From: a virus
Taxonomy: Duplodnaviria > Heunggongvirae > Uroviricota > Caudoviricetes
Length of the DNA stretch: 39,061 nt
Direction: 5' to 3' (one strand)
Virus record (IMG/VR): IMGVR_UViG_3300021431_000077
Coordinates: 1-39,061 of that record
In this document: one piece after another, positions 1-9,261 of the stretch
Numbering within the stretch: position 1 is the first letter of the stretch
Layout of the letters: every line of letters starts with the position of its first letter
Translations under genes and position numbers: made by a program
Notes under the pieces: generated by a model
Seen by the model: only the letters and a program-made list of their open reading frames with translations
The model's database searches: none
What the model was told of the DNA's origin: nothing

Positions 1-1
1 T

Positions 2-2701
2 TCCGCCAAGGCATCTTGCCCTCTGGTCATCAACGGAGCGTGTTGTTTCCACCAGTTCTACCCTATCCGTACCGAACTCGTCTCGAAGAATTCTGATGAG
101 GTGTGCTACGGTAGGATATATATTTATACCCTTTCTCAGGCTGGAAATTTCCTTGCTCGTGTCGAAGAAGATTCTCCAGCCGTCCTTTCCAGAACCGAAG
201 CTGCCACTACGGTCCTTGATTGCGTATCTCGACTGGTCGAATGGGCCGTAAGTACCGAATGAGTAACCTCTGATTTCCTCATCGTACGGGAAATACGGAA
301 GGTTGTACTCAATGTTTACTTGGGTGGTCTCGTCACCGCTCTTGGTATCGTCAAGACCTACCATGAAGTATTGCGTAGTTCCTGTCGGTGGTATATTCGC
401 CGAGGAATCGACAGATATGGTATGGGCATCTACGATTGTCGCAGATACTTCTCCATCAACATTTGTGATTTTCAGTGATACCTTTTTTCCTGCTTCAAGG
501 TCTTTTGGAATTTCCTTGGTGACAATGATATCGTTTGGCTTAGTGTATTCAGACTCGAACGGAATCATGCGTTGAGGTATCTTCATATCCTTTGGATATT
601 TACTGTACAATCCAACGTTGATGAACCTGATTTCGGTCCAACGAGTACCGATACACTGCATCGTGGTTACAGTCCGATAGAACCAAAGGAAGCGTTTCTT
701 TTTCTTCACCTTTCTGTATATTCGTGTAGGAATCAGCATTCTTGCAGGGAATGTTGCCGTTATCGGAATACCGTTTGTAACTCTGTAACACTGACCGTCT
801 CGCAGGATTCGCTCCTTGCTTTCAAACACTGAGTCGGCAGTATAATACTCGAAGTATTTTATCCTATTGACGACTCGGTTGAACTCTGTCACGCTCTTTT
901 CTAGCGAGCGTAGGCGGATTTTCAACATGGCGGCCATGCCAGGTTGTAGGAATGCCATTGCCACGATTGCGGCATCGAATTTGTCCAGAATGTCGTCAAC
1001 ATCATCGACGATGCTGAGCTTTTTTGAGAGGTGTGCGGTTTCAAAGGATGTGTCTGGCTGGAATGCAGGGATTAACATCGATGCACTATTCTTAGATGTG
1101 TCGGTTTCTGGTGTGCCGTCATCTGTAAGCACGGCGCCTCTATACCAGTCTACTACCCTGATTTTAACGTCTTGAAACTTGTTTACATCGGCTAAATCGA
1201 GAATCTGGGGCTGGTACAGGAATGTCGGCTGAGCAGCGTATGATACAGGTGTTAGTGATGCTGCCAAAGCGTGGTTCAGGAAATTACGTAACCACATATT
1301 TCGTCCATTATCGTCCAGACCCATCCTGTCCTTCAAATAGGTATCAAAGTAGTCTTGAAGCAGCTCGTAGAAATCTACAAAGTTGTATTCCGTATATGAA
1401 ATCATCGCTTTATCAACGTTGATGCCTTTATACGCTTTATCGAAGCCATCTTGGTCTATCGAACTTACCATTGGCATGTATTGGTAATAGCCAGGATAAC
1501 TGCTGTTATTGTTGTATACAAATCTCTTATAGCCGCTCCTTGTATAGTAAGGAACTACGATAGTCAAATTCCTGTTCCAGTCGGTCTCAACCACGGGGCA
1601 TTTCATAGATTCTAGGTCTACGAGGAAATGTTCATCTGGGTCAGTGAAAGCGTATTCTGCTGGTGTTGCGTTTCTGTAATCGGCTGCTGATACATCTTCG
1701 ATTTTTCTCCGAGTAGACTTTTTCAGAGACTTCTTCAATACCCAAAGGCTCTTTATTCCAGACAGCACATCGTCGAATGCGTCGTTGAAATCGTCAGCAA
1801 CTTCTTCTTTCGGAAAATATGCCTCGAAAGCATCTCTCAATGAAGGCAGGAACGGGGTTCTGTTGTCTCCAGTGCAATCAATCATGTACCCATAGTTCTG
1901 CATATTCGTGCAGAAACCCTGCGTATTTGCTTGGACTACATCTGATGCTTTCATTGAACGGGGAAGCGTAGGATTAGGAACGGTTACGTCAACAGGCCTT
2001 TGACCTTGTGGTGGAGGTGCTGCGTTCGGGTCAACTAGGTCGTAGTAAGTAGATACTTCGACCTCGAACTTATTCTCTCTAACTGCCCTTGCGACGTTGC
2101 TCATGCGGCGTTCAAGAGTTTTATAGGATAGAACACAGTTCTTCTTTCTGGGCTTGCTGGACTTTGCCCACTTTAATGTTTCGCATCCACTACCGAGCAG
2201 GCCGAACATTGCCATAGCGTGAACATACACGTCGGCATCAGTTGCTACGGGTTGTGGGTTAGTGATTAGCGTGTACTTTGGAACGACATTCAGCGTGACA
2301 GGAACTTTCTGGTCGATGTTAAAATCATCGTCGTAATGGGCATATCCTGTCACCGTCGATATCAAAGTTCCGTTAGGACGTGGAGCTTCGTACTCGGCGT
2401 CACCAAGAGGTGAGCCTATCCTGAATGCGTACCTGTCGTCGCCCTCGTCCCCGTCCTCGTTAATCACAGAACAGCTCTGGACCAGATGGCCTTCGGACTT
2501 GTCATAATTGCTACCCTCGAAATAATTGTCGGTTCCGAAATATCGGCTGTAATCCCCGAGGGTTACGCCTGTCACGATGTAGTCAATGTTGCGGGTGACG
2601 ATTTCGTTCAGCGATGTGTCGCCATCATCTGTGGATACGGATGAATCCGCCTTGATTGGGACATCTTTTAACTCTATTTTTGCGTCAGTTTTTCCTGACA
2701 T
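2..2701 (-). CDS. Large protein (>=900 aa, runs off the left window edge), probably virion-associated; the last residues in the window resemble the start of an M15-type peptidase domain
   Basis: ATG at 2701-2699 (MSGKTDAKIELKDVPIK...). I read the frame by hand down to position 2 and found no stop. It is absent from the ORF track, probably because no stop falls in the window. TATAAAC-type motif upstream at ~2749-2762. Confidence 0.85.
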   Translation of the reverse strand, partial: MSGKTDAKIELKDVPIKADSSVSTDDGDTSLNEIVTRNIDYIVTGVTLGDYSRYFGTDNYFEGSNYDKSEGHLVQSCSVINEDGDEGDDRYAFRIGSPLGDAEYEAPRPNGTLISTVTGYAHYDDDFNIDQKVPVTLNVVPKYTLITNPQPVATDADVYVHAMAMFGLLGSGCETLKWAKSSKPRKKNCVLSYKTLERRMSNVARAVRENKFEVEVSTYYDLVDPNAAPPPQGQRPVDVTVPNPTLPRSMKASDVVQANTQGFCTNMQNYGYMIDCTGDNRTPFLPSLRDAFEAYFPKEEVADDFNDAFDDVLSGIKSLWVLKKSLKKSTRRKIEDVSAADYRNATPAEYAFTDPDEHFLVDLESMKCPVVETDWNRNLTIVVPYYTRSGYKRFVYNNNSSYPGYYQYMPMVSSIDQDGFDKAYKGINVDKAMISYTEYNFVDFYELLQDYFDTYLKDRMGLDDNGRNMWLRNFLNHALAASLTPVSYAAQPTFLYQPQILDLADVNKFQDVKIRVVDWYRGAVLTDDGTPETDTSKNSASMLIPAFQPDTSFETAHLSKKLSIVDDVDDILDKFDAAIVAMAFLQPGMAAMLKIRLRSLEKSVTEFNRVVNRIKYFEYYTADSVFESKERILRDGQCYRVTNGIPITATFPARMLIPTRIYRKVKKKKRFLWFYRTVTTMQCIGTRWTEIRFINVGLYSKYPKDMKIPQRMIPFESEYTKPNDIIVTKEIPKDLEAGKKVSLKITNVDGEVSATIVDAHTISVDSSANIPPTGTTQYFMVGLDDTKSGDETTQVNIEYNLPYFPYDEEIRGYSFGTYGPFDQSRYAIKDRSGSFGSGKDGWRIFFDTSKEISSLRKGINIYPTVAHLIRILRDEFGTDRVELVETTRSVDDQRARCLGG

Positions 2702-2844
2702 CTTCTTGTAATATTTGCTGAAATCGAACATATTGGCTCACGGGTTTTCGTTTATAGTTTATCAGGCTGGAAATAAAACATTTCGATATAAAAATACCTT
2801 TTGAAAAATGTATTTTAACAGCAGTTAAACACATAGGTATACCC

Positions 2845-3492
2845 ATGAAACATACATTGACCCTACATTCCGTTGACCTCAAGGTTAACATCGACGAAAA
2901 GAAGGAATTTCTCGACCAAGTATTCGGTCGTGGCAAAAAAGGCCCCGACAAAGAATATTCAATCGGAAGCTTTGACATCTTGGGCCGTGCCCTGACCAGA
3001 CTCAGCGGTAAGCTGAATCAGGAAGACTATGGCAAGGTGTATGACTTCCTTGAAGCGGTTGAACAGTCCGTTGGCGAAGGGTTCTGCAAAGTCGCTAGCG
3101 ACCTGCTTACAAGTTCCCGCAACGTCATGAGCGAGATTGACGCAGTGAAGCTCAACGCTGATGGCGATGGCCATGCTGCACAGGAGCTTGACTGCAATGT
3201 TCCGTCCCTATACAGAACAATCATCGCTCTTCTTGAAGGAATGAAGATTTGCTGCCACGAACGCCTCTGGAAGGTGAAGTACGCTCCGAGACAAAAGATT
3301 GAAGACCCTGAAATCAAGAAATACGAGGCGGAAGCCGCTGCTGAAAAATCGAAGAAGAAAGGTAAGAAGAAGGCCGAGAAGGAAACGCCTGTCCTCACAA
3401 AGGAATTTGTCAACAAGAAGGTTATCAAAGTTGACGAAAACCAGCCGAAAAAGGAAACCAAGAAGACTGGTTCGGCCAAGAAAGCAAAGTAA
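2845..3492 (+). CDS. Hypothetical protein with Lys-rich C-terminal tail
   Basis: 215-aa ORF followed by a terminator hairpin. Confidence 0.75.
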   Translation: MKHTLTLHSVDLKVNIDEKKEFLDQVFGRGKKGPDKEYSIGSFDILGRALTRLSGKLNQEDYGKVYDFLEAVEQSVGEGFCKVASDLLTSSRNVMSEIDAVKLNADGDGHAAQELDCNVPSLYRTIIALLEGMKICCHERLWKVKYAPRQKIEDPEIKKYEAEAAAEKSKKKGKKKAEKETPVLTKEFVNKKVIKVDENQPKKETKKTGSAKKAK

Positions 3493-3515
3493 GAAATTAC
3501 ATAATTAAATAAGAA

Positions 3516-3543
3516 AGCCTCCCCAAATGGGGAGGCTCCTTTG
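3516..3543. terminator. Intrinsic terminator between convergent genes
   Basis: agcctcccc-aaat-ggggaggct hairpin. Confidence 0.7.
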
Positions 3544-3573
3544 TTGTGGCTATAAGGAGGCAATTCACCACAA

Positions 3574-4056
3574 CTAAAGCTTAATCTGGTCCTTGTAGTC
3601 CTTCTGGGTAATCGGCTTGTCGGACGTTGCCGATGCGGTAGTGCAGATAGCGAACCTGTTCTGCCTGAGCGCTCTGAGCAGTTCGTCCTTGTCCCATATC
3701 TTGCGCTCCTCTGCGGCTTCACGGTCGTTAACTGCGGACTTGCCGATGTTGCTGGCATCCTTGGGAATGTCGTACTCCATACGGCGGTAGTTTCTGTAAC
3801 CACGGCCTGGGGTGTTGTTCACCATGTCGTCTTCGAGAAATTTATCCTGTTCTGCGGCAAGCCTGTCTGCGGTGTGCCAGTAGTTCTGGTTGTAGGCACG
3901 GTCAAGGAACTTCTTTGCCTTGCCACTGGAAATGTCGCTCACGTTCTTGGCATATTCCTGACACATCGTGAACATGTCGTGGCGATAGTCTGGGTGTGTG
4001 TCGAAGTTGTCACCAGCACTGCGATAAGCGTATTCAGAAGATTTTAGAGTACCCAT
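3574..4056 (-). CDS. Hypothetical protein
   Basis: 160-aa ORF; TATAAACT motif upstream on the minus strand (4084-4091). Confidence 0.7.
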   Translation of the reverse strand: MGTLKSSEYAYRSAGDNFDTHPDYRHDMFTMCQEYAKNVSDISSGKAKKFLDRAYNQNYWHTADRLAAEQDKFLEDDMVNNTPGRGYRNYRRMEYDIPKDASNIGKSAVNDREAAEERKIWDKDELLRALRQNRFAICTTASATSDKPITQKDYKDQIKL

Positions 4057-4140
4057 AAAGAATCCTTTTATGACTTCTCATTTAGTTTATATATTCGTTA
4101 AACCTTGCCAAAAACGCAAAGATGGATTATATTTGCTTTT

Positions 4141-4695
4141 ATGAGAACTTCCGAAGAATACAACTTTCCAGACCTTCTGAATGACATCAGCGGGTATCAC
4201 CTCGAACGGTGGAACAAGAAGACCACTGCATCTGGGTTTGAACGCTATGCGTCCGTTGACGAGTGGAAGAACATGGCTTTAATGGAAGTAATTAGCGTGA
4301 AGTCCGAGAAAAAGCTGCATGACCTCACCATAGGAATCATAATCAATGTGCTGGATAGGGGGACTGTTCAGCTATGCCTTACCTTCAAAAGTGAGTACAG
4401 TAAAGGAAGACATACCTTCAAGGGTGACAAATCTATGTACCGTATGAGGATGGAGTTCCTTTTCTCCCGATTGAAGTGTAAGCAGTGGGTGCGTTTTGGC
4501 CTTGTTGAAGATGGTAGGTGCTGGCTTAGTGTTCCGCCATCGCATGCAACCGAGGTTCCAGACCTGCTGTGGGAGATATACAAGAACATTCTGCTATATC
4601 CTTGTGACAAGGCGTATGAGGATGTAGGAAAGAAGCCTGACCAGACTGCCACTTCGCTACCTGACCTATCATTCTCAGAGCTGGACGGGGTATAA
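4141..4695 (+). CDS. Hypothetical protein
   Basis: ATG at 4141 is in frame with the TTG at 4105 used by the ORF track. Confidence 0.65.
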   Translation: MRTSEEYNFPDLLNDISGYHLERWNKKTTASGFERYASVDEWKNMALMEVISVKSEKKLHDLTIGIIINVLDRGTVQLCLTFKSEYSKGRHTFKGDKSMYRMRMEFLFSRLKCKQWVRFGLVEDGRCWLSVPPSHATEVPDLLWEIYKNILLYPCDKAYEDVGKKPDQTATSLPDLSFSELDGV

Positions 4696-4727
4696 ACTAT
4701 TGATGATTGAATCAGTGGTTTAGCTCG

Positions 4728-7700
4728 ATGGCGTTGTGCGATGAAATTGCAATAGAAACCCCCTTTATTATCTTTGGCCGTAACTATACAGGTCAGTTTG
4801 TTTCTCGCATATATGTTTCGGATTCTATTACCAGTCTGGAACTCGTCGATACGAACGGGTTGTTTAAGTTGACACCTGATAATTTGGGCATTTACAGTCT
4901 GTCGTTGTACAGGTGTGCCCTCATCAATGTTCAAACATGTGACTGCCCACCTAAAAACGAACTAAAACTCCGTGTTAACGGTACGGATGAATGTACATTC
5001 CAGATATACACGGTAATTCCTGGCCATGTCAAAAATGCGGCGACGGAAGCGAATACATTTGGAAAGCAGCTTGTGCTTGATTTTAATATGCTTCCCGTCC
5101 TTGACGCTAATGGCAAGACATCATGCGAAAAGGGCTTTGACCCGTCATCTGTAAACCTGTCTGATTTGCTCGCCTATTTCCATGTCCTTTTTGAAAACGA
5201 AGGTGAAAAGTCCGTTGCGGAACACTCTTCGTTCGAGACCCGTTTCTGCCAGATGTTCTATCAGAGCATTAAGATACAGCCTCGATACAAAATCAAGGAG
5301 ATGTTCAGCCCAGGTGATGTGCTTACCCTCAAATACAAGGTAGGCGTGGATGAATACGGAAACGACATCTACTATGTCATGGACAAGTCGGCTATTTACA
5401 AAGACGGCGTGAAGGAAACTGGTCCAATAGTTGTCAAGTATGTCCAGAACGACAATACGCTGACACTTGAACGCCCTGTTGATACTGATGCAACTGATGA
5501 CAGGAAGTTTACTACGCAGGTTATTCCTAATGGTTCCTACTACGATTATATTGAAGTAGGCAAGTCTATGGTAAGCGGAACCTTCGACACGTTGTCCCAC
5601 ATCTATATCATGAGCAAGGGCAACATCAAGGGGAAGGCAAAATTCTATGTGGATGGTGTGCTTGTCGGTACGTTCGGAAAGGATGTTGTCGGCAACGTGA
5701 GGGTTGATGGTGTTGAGTACAAAGTTTGGAAAGTTGACTTTGATTCAACCGTGCGGTTGACACTTGAATCGGTAATAGGCTTGAAGTCTCCTAACGGGGA
5801 ACAGTTTACGACATTGCTCATGGATGGAAGTGTCGTAATCGGGCAGAACATTGAAGAAATCGGCCTGTTGAAGTTCCCGATTGACCAGTGCCATAACGAC
5901 TTTATCGTAGAAGGTTCAAGTACCTCCTGCACCGAGCTGCAACTATACGATGGTGTCAGCACGGCCAATGTGCCTGTGTATGAACTTGACTTGGATAACA
6001 ACCAAATCAAGATAAATCTGATGCAGGGAATGTTCCCTGTGGACGAGCGTGGGCGTGAGGTATGCGGAAAGAGTAACATCGTTATCAGCGGAAAGGGCTG
6101 TGGTGAAGACCAACCAGCATACCGTGTTGATTTCCCTGTCATACGTTACGTGTACGACGGTTCTAAGTATGACGGAAAGTACACGACGGGTGCGAACTGC
6201 ATCTATACATCCCCAATCGAATTGAATACGGATGACTACAAAGGTGATTCAAATACGCCAGCCAAGAACTACGGAAAGGATATGTATGTCAAGCTGCGTG
6301 ACCCGCAGTCATGCTGTGCGATGAGATATCTTTCAGTCAAGGTGAAGTACAATGAGTATCTCCAATACAAGCACGGCGAACTTACACTGAATGGAATTAA
6401 GTTGCAGGAAAACGACTTGGTATGGCTTACATCGCAGTTCATCAAGGAATCCGAAGATGGAAAATCCGTAAACGAGAACGGATTGTGGATTGTAAAGAAG
6501 GGTGACTGGGAGTATTACGGAGATGTTACCGAAGATACGTTTATTGACCTTGGCGCCCGTGTCACCGAGACCGTGGCGGCAACAATCGAAAGCAATGTTG
6601 GAAGAAGGTACGGAAACTATTGGCTTGGAACAATCAATCTGAGAAGTGGTATGATTGTCAACCTGCAGAATCAGGCTGACGGCCAGAACGGCCTGTATCG
6701 CATCATGTGTGGCGAATGGAAGTATCTGGGTGAAGCTGGCCCGTATAGCGGCAATAGCGTCGATATGTCCAATGATATCGTCACCTACAACGACATTGAC
6801 TTCTGCAAGTGCGGAGTTTACCACATCTGGTATTACTACCTCAATGGCTCTTGCGTTCTGAATACGGCGACAAGGACAGTGAAGGTTGTAGGTAAGTGCG
6901 GTGAAAAGGACGGAACCCTTGTTCCTGGCAAACGAATCCGCATAACTGACTATCAGGTGAAGACGGAAGTCGATAAGGACTTGATGCCAGGTAGCAGCGG
7001 CGACCCGCTGATAGATGAGTGTGTAAAAAATGTTGAGTCATTTGACCAGCAATACAGATTTGACTTAGAAGATGTTGTTCAGCAAGGAAGCTGCATACAA
7101 GACGCTATCTACCCGAACTGCAATGAAGGTGCTCTATGCGACCACGAGTACGCCGCATTCTCCAAGGGGGAAGATGGCAAGTACAACAGCGCTGATGGTA
7201 CTGGATTCAGTATGGTGTTCTGGCAGGCAACAATGGAAGACGACCGTGTTGACTATTGGACGATGTACGCACTTGTTGGCCGTACCTCGAAGCATCCAAA
7301 AGAATATGTGGCATACCGCATACAGCAAGTTGGTGCGGCAACAGTTGAAATGGTAGATGTTACCGACTGGTTCGAACTTTTGCCAGTATCATACGATGAT
7401 GGCGAGAACACTTATTTCAGGAAGGTTCCGATAACTCGTGCTAACATTGCTACTGATACGATTACATTCGATTTGCCTGTCAACGACTATGTTGACAAGG
7501 TTCAGGTAGGCGATGTCCTGAATGTGTCGAACGGAAATGTGATGGAAGACAAGATGCGGGCCAAAGTAACCCGTATTGAAAATGGTGTTGCAACCGCTGA
7601 CATTACCCTACATGCTGGATTCAACAAAGATGACTACTATGTGGAGATTTATCGCCACAAGATGGTCGGGTATGGCATTGAAATCAGTGACCCGTCTTGG

Positions 7701-8402
7701 GTTTTCAGCGGAAGTGCCGACTATCCGTTGACGTATAAATCCACCTATGAAAGTAAGGATTATTATGAATTGGTTGTTCCTGTAAGTGGCCGTCTCACGG
7801 TTGGCGAGACCTATTATGCCTATTCAACTAAGGGGCAAATACGCCCGATACCGTTTACTATAAAGGTTGATAAAGAGGATGAAAATTATATAACGTATGA
7901 GGCTTGCCTGAGTCATGAAGTACCTACCTATGATGTGGTCACCCGAAATGTAGAGGATGGGGAATTGGTTGAAACGGTCGAGAAGAAACGCTATCCTATC
8001 CGTGTTGCTGTCGGAAATTCTCTCACATGGAGAACAATAGACGAGAGCTGGACTATAAAATCGAACACGACAAAAGTCAAGATACCTAAGTCTTACGATT
8101 TCAGGTTCTACAATACACCGATATCCGTTCAGGAATTTGTCGATTTGTACAATGCGACGAAACCTCAGTGTGTCTACCCTGTCGATGGTGAGCTTATTCT
8201 TGCGGACGATGATGACGACCCTGATAAAAAGGAGTATTGGATTAAGGACCTGGGTAACATGGATGGTTACCCGTCAGTAATCTTGCTAGACTCAATCTCC
8301 TATGGTCCTGTTGTAGACAATGAGCCAGACCCAGAAGGTAGCTCTACTAAGTATGTTGCGATAGCGGCAGACGGCTACCTAAATCCAGGGTACGAGGATT
8401 GA
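4728..8402 (+). CDS. Large Cys-rich putative virion structural (tail/baseplate) protein
   Basis: ~1225 aa, ATG 4728 (track start TTG 4707). Two copies of the LxGIxLxxxDxVxLxxQ...xNGLxxxxxGxW repeat typical of phage tail/structural proteins. TATAAACT at 4691-4698. Confidence 0.7.
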   Translation: MALCDEIAIETPFIIFGRNYTGQFVSRIYVSDSITSLELVDTNGLFKLTPDNLGIYSLSLYRCALINVQTCDCPPKNELKLRVNGTDECTFQIYTVIPGHVKNAATEANTFGKQLVLDFNMLPVLDANGKTSCEKGFDPSSVNLSDLLAYFHVLFENEGEKSVAEHSSFETRFCQMFYQSIKIQPRYKIKEMFSPGDVLTLKYKVGVDEYGNDIYYVMDKSAIYKDGVKETGPIVVKYVQNDNTLTLERPVDTDATDDRKFTTQVIPNGSYYDYIEVGKSMVSGTFDTLSHIYIMSKGNIKGKAKFYVDGVLVGTFGKDVVGNVRVDGVEYKVWKVDFDSTVRLTLESVIGLKSPNGEQFTTLLMDGSVVIGQNIEEIGLLKFPIDQCHNDFIVEGSSTSCTELQLYDGVSTANVPVYELDLDNNQIKINLMQGMFPVDERGREVCGKSNIVISGKGCGEDQPAYRVDFPVIRYVYDGSKYDGKYTTGANCIYTSPIELNTDDYKGDSNTPAKNYGKDMYVKLRDPQSCCAMRYLSVKVKYNEYLQYKHGELTLNGIKLQENDLVWLTSQFIKESEDGKSVNENGLWIVKKGDWEYYGDVTEDTFIDLGARVTETVAATIESNVGRRYGNYWLGTINLRSGMIVNLQNQADGQNGLYRIMCGEWKYLGEAGPYSGNSVDMSNDIVTYNDIDFCKCGVYHIWYYYLNGSCVLNTATRTVKVVGKCGEKDGTLVPGKRIRITDYQVKTEVDKDLMPGSSGDPLIDECVKNVESFDQQYRFDLEDVVQQGSCIQDAIYPNCNEGALCDHEYAAFSKGEDGKYNSADGTGFSMVFWQATMEDDRVDYWTMYALVGRTSKHPKEYVAYRIQQVGAATVEMVDVTDWFELLPVSYDDGENTYFRKVPITRANIATDTITFDLPVNDYVDKVQVGDVLNVSNGNVMEDKMRAKVTRIENGVATADITLHAGFNKDDYYVEIYRHKMVGYGIEISDPSWVFSGSADYPLTYKSTYESKDYYELVVPVSGRLTVGETYYAYSTKGQIRPIPFTIKVDKEDENYITYEACLSHEVPTYDVVTRNVEDGELVETVEKKRYPIRVAVGNSLTWRTIDESWTIKSNTTKVKIPKSYDFRFYNTPISVQEFVDLYNATKPQCVYPVDGELILADDDDDPDKKEYWIKDLGNMDGYPSVILLDSISYGPVVDNEPDPEGSSTKYVAIAADGYLNPGYED

Positions 8403-8442
8403 TTGTAAAATATCTTTTACATTAACATTTTTAGAATCCCCC

Positions 8443-8471
8443 TTGACAAGGGGGATTTAATAATCTATATT
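8443..8471 (+). promoter_or_regulatory. Sigma70-type promoter for the IF3 operon
   Basis: TTGACA-17 nt-TATATT; the -35 box is the centre of an 11-bp inverted repeat (8435-8457). Confidence 0.8.
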
Positions 8472-8524
8472 CTGGTAGTCTGGGGTAAACTGCCTCCGAC
8501 CAAACATTAAAACAAGGAAATTAA

Positions 8525-9124
8525 ATGTACAAATCCTACAATAACGGCAACTTCGGCTACAAGCGCAATGATGCCCGTGATTTTAACGAAACGAAGACTT
8601 TCGACCGTAATGCCTCCATCCGATTGAAGAAGGATGATGGTTCAATCGAACAGATGACCTATGGTCAGGCTGAAAAGCTGGCTCAGGACCAAGGTTTGGA
8701 TGTCGTTGTCGTGAACGAAAAGGCTGCCATCTTCAAGCTTGGCGACCGCAAAAAGGAAGAGTACCTGAAAAAGAAGGCTCAGAAGGAACAGGAAAAGAAG
8801 AGCCGTGAAAACGCTCGCCGTTCCGAAGAAAAGACCATCACCTTTGGCCCGAACATTGGTGAAAACGATTTCAAGACGAAGATGAACAAGGCTGCAGAAT
8901 TCATTGAAGAGGGTCATCCCGTCAAGGTTATCGTCCAGTTCCGTGGCCGTGAAATTTCCCACAAGGATACGGCGATGTCTACCTTGAAGCCGATGATTGT
9001 TGAACGCATGACTGCGGCCAACGCCGTGTGTACCAAGGAATTGCCGATTACCGACAAGAATAATGCCCGTGACTGGATGTTCTTCTATGTGAAGGGTAAG
9101 GGCCAGGCCAAGGAGTCTGTATGA
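8525..9124 (+). CDS. infC: Translation initiation factor IF3 homolog
   Basis: IRL...A..LA...GLDVVVVN N-domain, Lys-rich linker, and K.ITFGPNIGENDFKTKMNKAAEFIEEGHPVKVIVQFRGRE C-domain match the IF3 pattern. Confidence 0.9.
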   Translation: MYKSYNNGNFGYKRNDARDFNETKTFDRNASIRLKKDDGSIEQMTYGQAEKLAQDQGLDVVVVNEKAAIFKLGDRKKEEYLKKKAQKEQEKKSRENARRSEEKTITFGPNIGENDFKTKMNKAAEFIEEGHPVKVIVQFRGREISHKDTAMSTLKPMIVERMTAANAVCTKELPITDKNNARDWMFFYVKGKGQAKESV

Positions 9125-9261
9125 GCATGAAAGAATGGATAAACCTTGTTAAAAACAAGGCCCATATCGCTATTGTTGGCTTGAAGATGGCAGGTATCGG
9201 TCTTATGCTTGGCATTACCATCATGAATATCGTTCGTAAGTTTAAGAAGGAACAAGATTAA
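9121..9261 (+). CDS. Small putative membrane protein (46 aa)
   Basis: MSMKEWINLVKNKAHIAIVGLKMAGIGLMLGITIMNIVRKFKKEQD; ATGA/TAATG overlaps couple it to both neighbours. Confidence 0.6.
   Translation: MSMKEWINLVKNKAHIAIVGLKMAGIGLMLGITIMNIVRKFKKEQD

Noticed and set aside
303-1422. Plus-strand ORFs 303-575, 572-832, 867-1175 and 1222-1422
   Set aside because: They are antisense shadows of the long minus-strand ORF 2701 to <1.
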